The notes beneath the pieces were generated by a model. The model saw only the letters and a program-made list of their open reading frames with translations. It did not search any database and was not told where the DNA came from. A stretch of DNA of 45,566 nucleotides, taken from a virus. Its lineage: Duplodnaviria; Caudoviricetes. The stretch is taken from the IMG/VR virus record IMGVR_UViG_3300033406_000373, positions 1-45,566 of that record. One strand, given 5' to 3'. Of the stretch, positions 43,298-45,566 are shown piece by piece. The position numbers and the translations under genes are program-made. The first letter of the stretch is position 1, and the number at the start of each line of letters is the position of its first letter.

Positions 43298-44044
43298 ATG
43301 TCTGATTTTGCCCATAGACTTAAAGAACTTAGAGCAGATAAAAATCTTACACAGTTAGAGTTTGGTGCATTATTTAACTTATCTAAACAAACCATATCCG
43401 GATATGAAAAAGGCGACGCATCTCCTCCGCTTGAGACTCTGCAGAAATTCGCTGATTATTTTAATGTAACGACCGATTATTTACTCGGCCGAGAGTCGAA
43501 TGCAGCTCCACTCTTACATAGAGTCCCTCTCCTCGGCCCAATAAAAGCGGGAGTACCTATCCTTTCAACCGACAATTATACCGAAACCATTGAGCCGCCA
43601 GCAGGCGTTATAGCAGACTTCGCAGCACCAGTGGAAGGTGACAGCATGATCTTCGCCGGAATTCACCCTAGTGATTTAGCCTTTTTCCGCGAATGTAATG
43701 AACCAAAACCAGGCTATATTGTAGCCGCACGAGTTTTGGATTACGATGCTGCTGTCAATCTGAAATTCTTTGTACAAAAAAATGGCCAAGCAGTCCTCCG
43801 CTCAGCCAATCCAGATTATGAAGATATTCCTTTTACTAAAAAGCATGCCGTTGTCGGTATTATGACCGGTTTGATCCGTGATGGCTCTCCTATCCTTCGA
43901 GACTACGAAACCATTATTTATTCCAAAGAGCGACTTGATGAACGCTGGAATCAGGCTGTGCTTCAAGCCGTTGCTGATGGGATTAATCCGGAACAGTTTA
44001 CTGCAATGGTTTCGATGATGAAGAAGTTTTTAAAAGGTGAATAG
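43298..44044 (+). CDS. cI: CI-like repressor (XRE HTH plus S24 autopeptidase)
   Basis: RLKELR...LTQ, ISGYEKG, DYLLGR; Ala-Gly cleavage site IKAG, Ser GDSM, Lys NLKFF. Confidence 0.93.
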   Translation: MSDFAHRLKELRADKNLTQLEFGALFNLSKQTISGYEKGDASPPLETLQKFADYFNVTTDYLLGRESNAAPLLHRVPLLGPIKAGVPILSTDNYTETIEPPAGVIADFAAPVEGDSMIFAGIHPSDLAFFRECNEPKPGYIVAARVLDYDAAVNLKFFVQKNGQAVLRSANPDYEDIPFTKKHAVVGIMTGLIRDGSPILRDYETIIYSKERLDERWNQAVLQAVADGINPEQFTAMVSMMKKFLKGE

Positions 44045-44075
44045 CGATTACTTTCAAAAACGTTTATACACAGCA

Positions 44076-44110
44076 AAAAACACAGCACTATTTGGACAGG
44101 CTGTGTTTTT
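44076..44110 (+). terminator. Hairpin/terminator after cI
   Basis: AAAAACACAGC...GCTGTGTTTTT inverted repeat. Confidence 0.6.
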
Positions 44111-44133
44111 ATCTTTTAAAGGGAGTGAGTTTA

Positions 44134-44586
44134 TTGAAAAGACAATGTTTTATTTTTGTATTAATACTTATCGTTAATTTTTGTTTGTCTGGCCTAGCTT
44201 TTGCAACAGAAGAAAATAATAGATGGCTAAAGGTTGTTGGTAACGATAAAGTTATAACATATTTAGACACAAAATCAGTATCGAAACACAACAATAACAA
44301 CTTAGTATCATGTTGGATAAAAATAACGCCAACTGAAGAATATAAAAATAATTTTTCTCAGGACATTATCAATACTATTCCTAAATTAAACAACACTAAA
44401 CCATCCTATATACTTGAATACGTTAAATTCGATATCCAAAATGTAAAATATAAAATATTTGAAGAAGTAATTTATTCCGATAGCAAAGAGATCGAAAAAG
44501 TTACAATAAATGATTCATGGGAAAGTGTTATTCCCGAAGTAGAACCAATGGATTCAGTTTTTCAATCTATAAAAAAATACTATTAG
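44134..44586 (+). CDS. Exported protein, surface-adhesin E-like pattern
   Basis: Signal peptide ending AFA; RW..V......YLD..SV....W.K...W..VIP pattern; TTG start after GGGAG. Confidence 0.65.
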   Translation: MKRQCFIFVLILIVNFCLSGLAFATEENNRWLKVVGNDKVITYLDTKSVSKHNNNNLVSCWIKITPTEEYKNNFSQDIINTIPKLNNTKPSYILEYVKFDIQNVKYKIFEEVIYSDSKEIEKVTINDSWESVIPEVEPMDSVFQSIKKYY

Positions 44587-44596
44587 GAGGATGCTA

Positions 44597-45040
44597 ATGA
44601 AAAAAATGTTATACGGATTTATGTTGTTCATGTTTGTATTTGTAATTGTCGGTTGTTCTTCCGGTCAAAGTACACTTTCATCTGTATCTAAAGCCAATAA
44701 AGAGCCTAGAGACTTTCGCAACGGCGGCGATATTACCGCAATTAAACACGGCGATTCTATTATCGTTAGTGGACAAGTTATATTAGGAAGCGGGAAAAAA
44801 TCTGGTAGGGATATAGCAAGTGATTTTGGAAGCTTCGACTCTGTTCCCATAACTATACAAGATAAAAACGGCAACGAATGGAAAGCAGTCTTATATGATC
44901 CTGTCGAGAAAAGCTTAATAGATAAAACCATAACAATAAAAGGTGTTGCAGACACAAAAACAACCGACCCGGCTATTGACTCAAGAAACAACGCCCGCGG
45001 CCCAAAAGCTGCAATAGTGAAAGCTGAGATTATAAAATAG
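44597..45040 (+). CDS. Lipoprotein
   Basis: MKK, hydrophobic core and lipobox IVGC; AGGAGG RBS. Confidence 0.8.
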   Translation: MKKMLYGFMLFMFVFVIVGCSSGQSTLSSVSKANKEPRDFRNGGDITAIKHGDSIIVSGQVILGSGKKSGRDIASDFGSFDSVPITIQDKNGNEWKAVLYDPVEKSLIDKTITIKGVADTKTTDPAIDSRNNARGPKAAIVKAEIIK

Positions 45041-45053
45041 GAAGGTGTTCACT

Positions 45054-45566
45054 ATGAAAAAAATATTGTGCTTGTTATTATTTTTAATGTTTGCGAGCGG
45101 GGTTTGTTTGGCTAATGATCGCTATTGGTGGATTAATTCAAACGACAAAATCGGTTTCTTTTTTGATACAGAAACAATAAAATTTGAAAAAGAAATGAAT
45201 TTTTCTACACTAAAATATAGTATTAACAAAAATCAAGCTAATGTATGGATAAAAACTGTCTACAACGCTAACGGCGTAAACGACATGATACAATATAGAA
45301 ACAAATATAACCTCCCTACTGACGATTGGATAAAACTATCTTATTCAATGGCTAATTTCATTTTTGATTTTAAAGAAAGAAAAATGAAATGCTTATCAAC
45401 TGTTTATTACGACTCTGACGGAAACATTTTGGAAAAATATTCTTCGCAGGACGTGAGATGGGAAGATGTTATTCCAAACACAAATGGGGAATATTGGTCG
45501 AAAATACTTCTCGAATATTCAAAGGGCGTAGGATATAACTCCATGTATGAAAACACTATAAAGTAA
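45054..45566 (+). CDS. Exported protein, surface-adhesin E-like pattern
   Basis: Signal peptide ending CLA; RYWW.......FFDT.TI...VWIK...YD.DGN.....W..VIPNT.GE. Confidence 0.7.
   Translation: MKKILCLLLFLMFASGVCLANDRYWWINSNDKIGFFFDTETIKFEKEMNFSTLKYSINKNQANVWIKTVYNANGVNDMIQYRNKYNLPTDDWIKLSYSMANFIFDFKERKMKCLSTVYYDSDGNILEKYSSQDVRWEDVIPNTNGEYWSKILLEYSKGVGYNSMYENTIK

Larger units (their letters stand above)
1..45566. mobile_element. Temperate myovirus-type prophage (PBSX/skin Xkd-like structural module); integrase and att sites not in window
   Basis: Continuous canonical order of immunity, recombination/replication, packaging, head, contractile tail and lysis genes. Confidence 0.97.

Overview
The whole window is a temperate, contractile-tailed (PBSX/skin Xkd-type) prophage of a Bacillota host. 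The host is probably a diderm Negativicute; this is inferred from Firmicute RBS, sigma-H and SOS motifs together with Gram-negative-style fibre, endolysin and exported proteins. Reading right to left on the minus strand: Cro and early regulators, an SSAP-SbcD-SbcC recombination module, DNA methyltransferases, replication initiator, VRR-NUC, RinA/ArpU-like late activator, a moron hotspot, terminase/portal/head, neck, sheath/tube/chaperone (with a -1 frameshift), tape measure, baseplate, fibre and lysis. The CI repressor and exported proteins lie on the plus strand at the right end. No integrase or att site is in the window. Main leads: (1) a lysis-cassette protein with an N-terminal membrane anchor and a C-terminal BAM-type beta-signal, a candidate new one-component spanin; (2) a structured small RNA next to a perfect SOS box, antisense to the leader of the packaging genes; (3) an SOS-box promoter driving an antirepressor cassette inside the head genes; (4) a C5 methyltransferase with a second subunit encoded in an overlapping frame; (5) sigma-H-type promoters on several morons, plus a Staygreen-family moron; (6) phased pac-like palindromes in terS and five AGTCC-N9-GGACT operators. 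All family calls come from motif recognition by eye; no searches were run. Several starts were moved from the ORF track to match the RBS.
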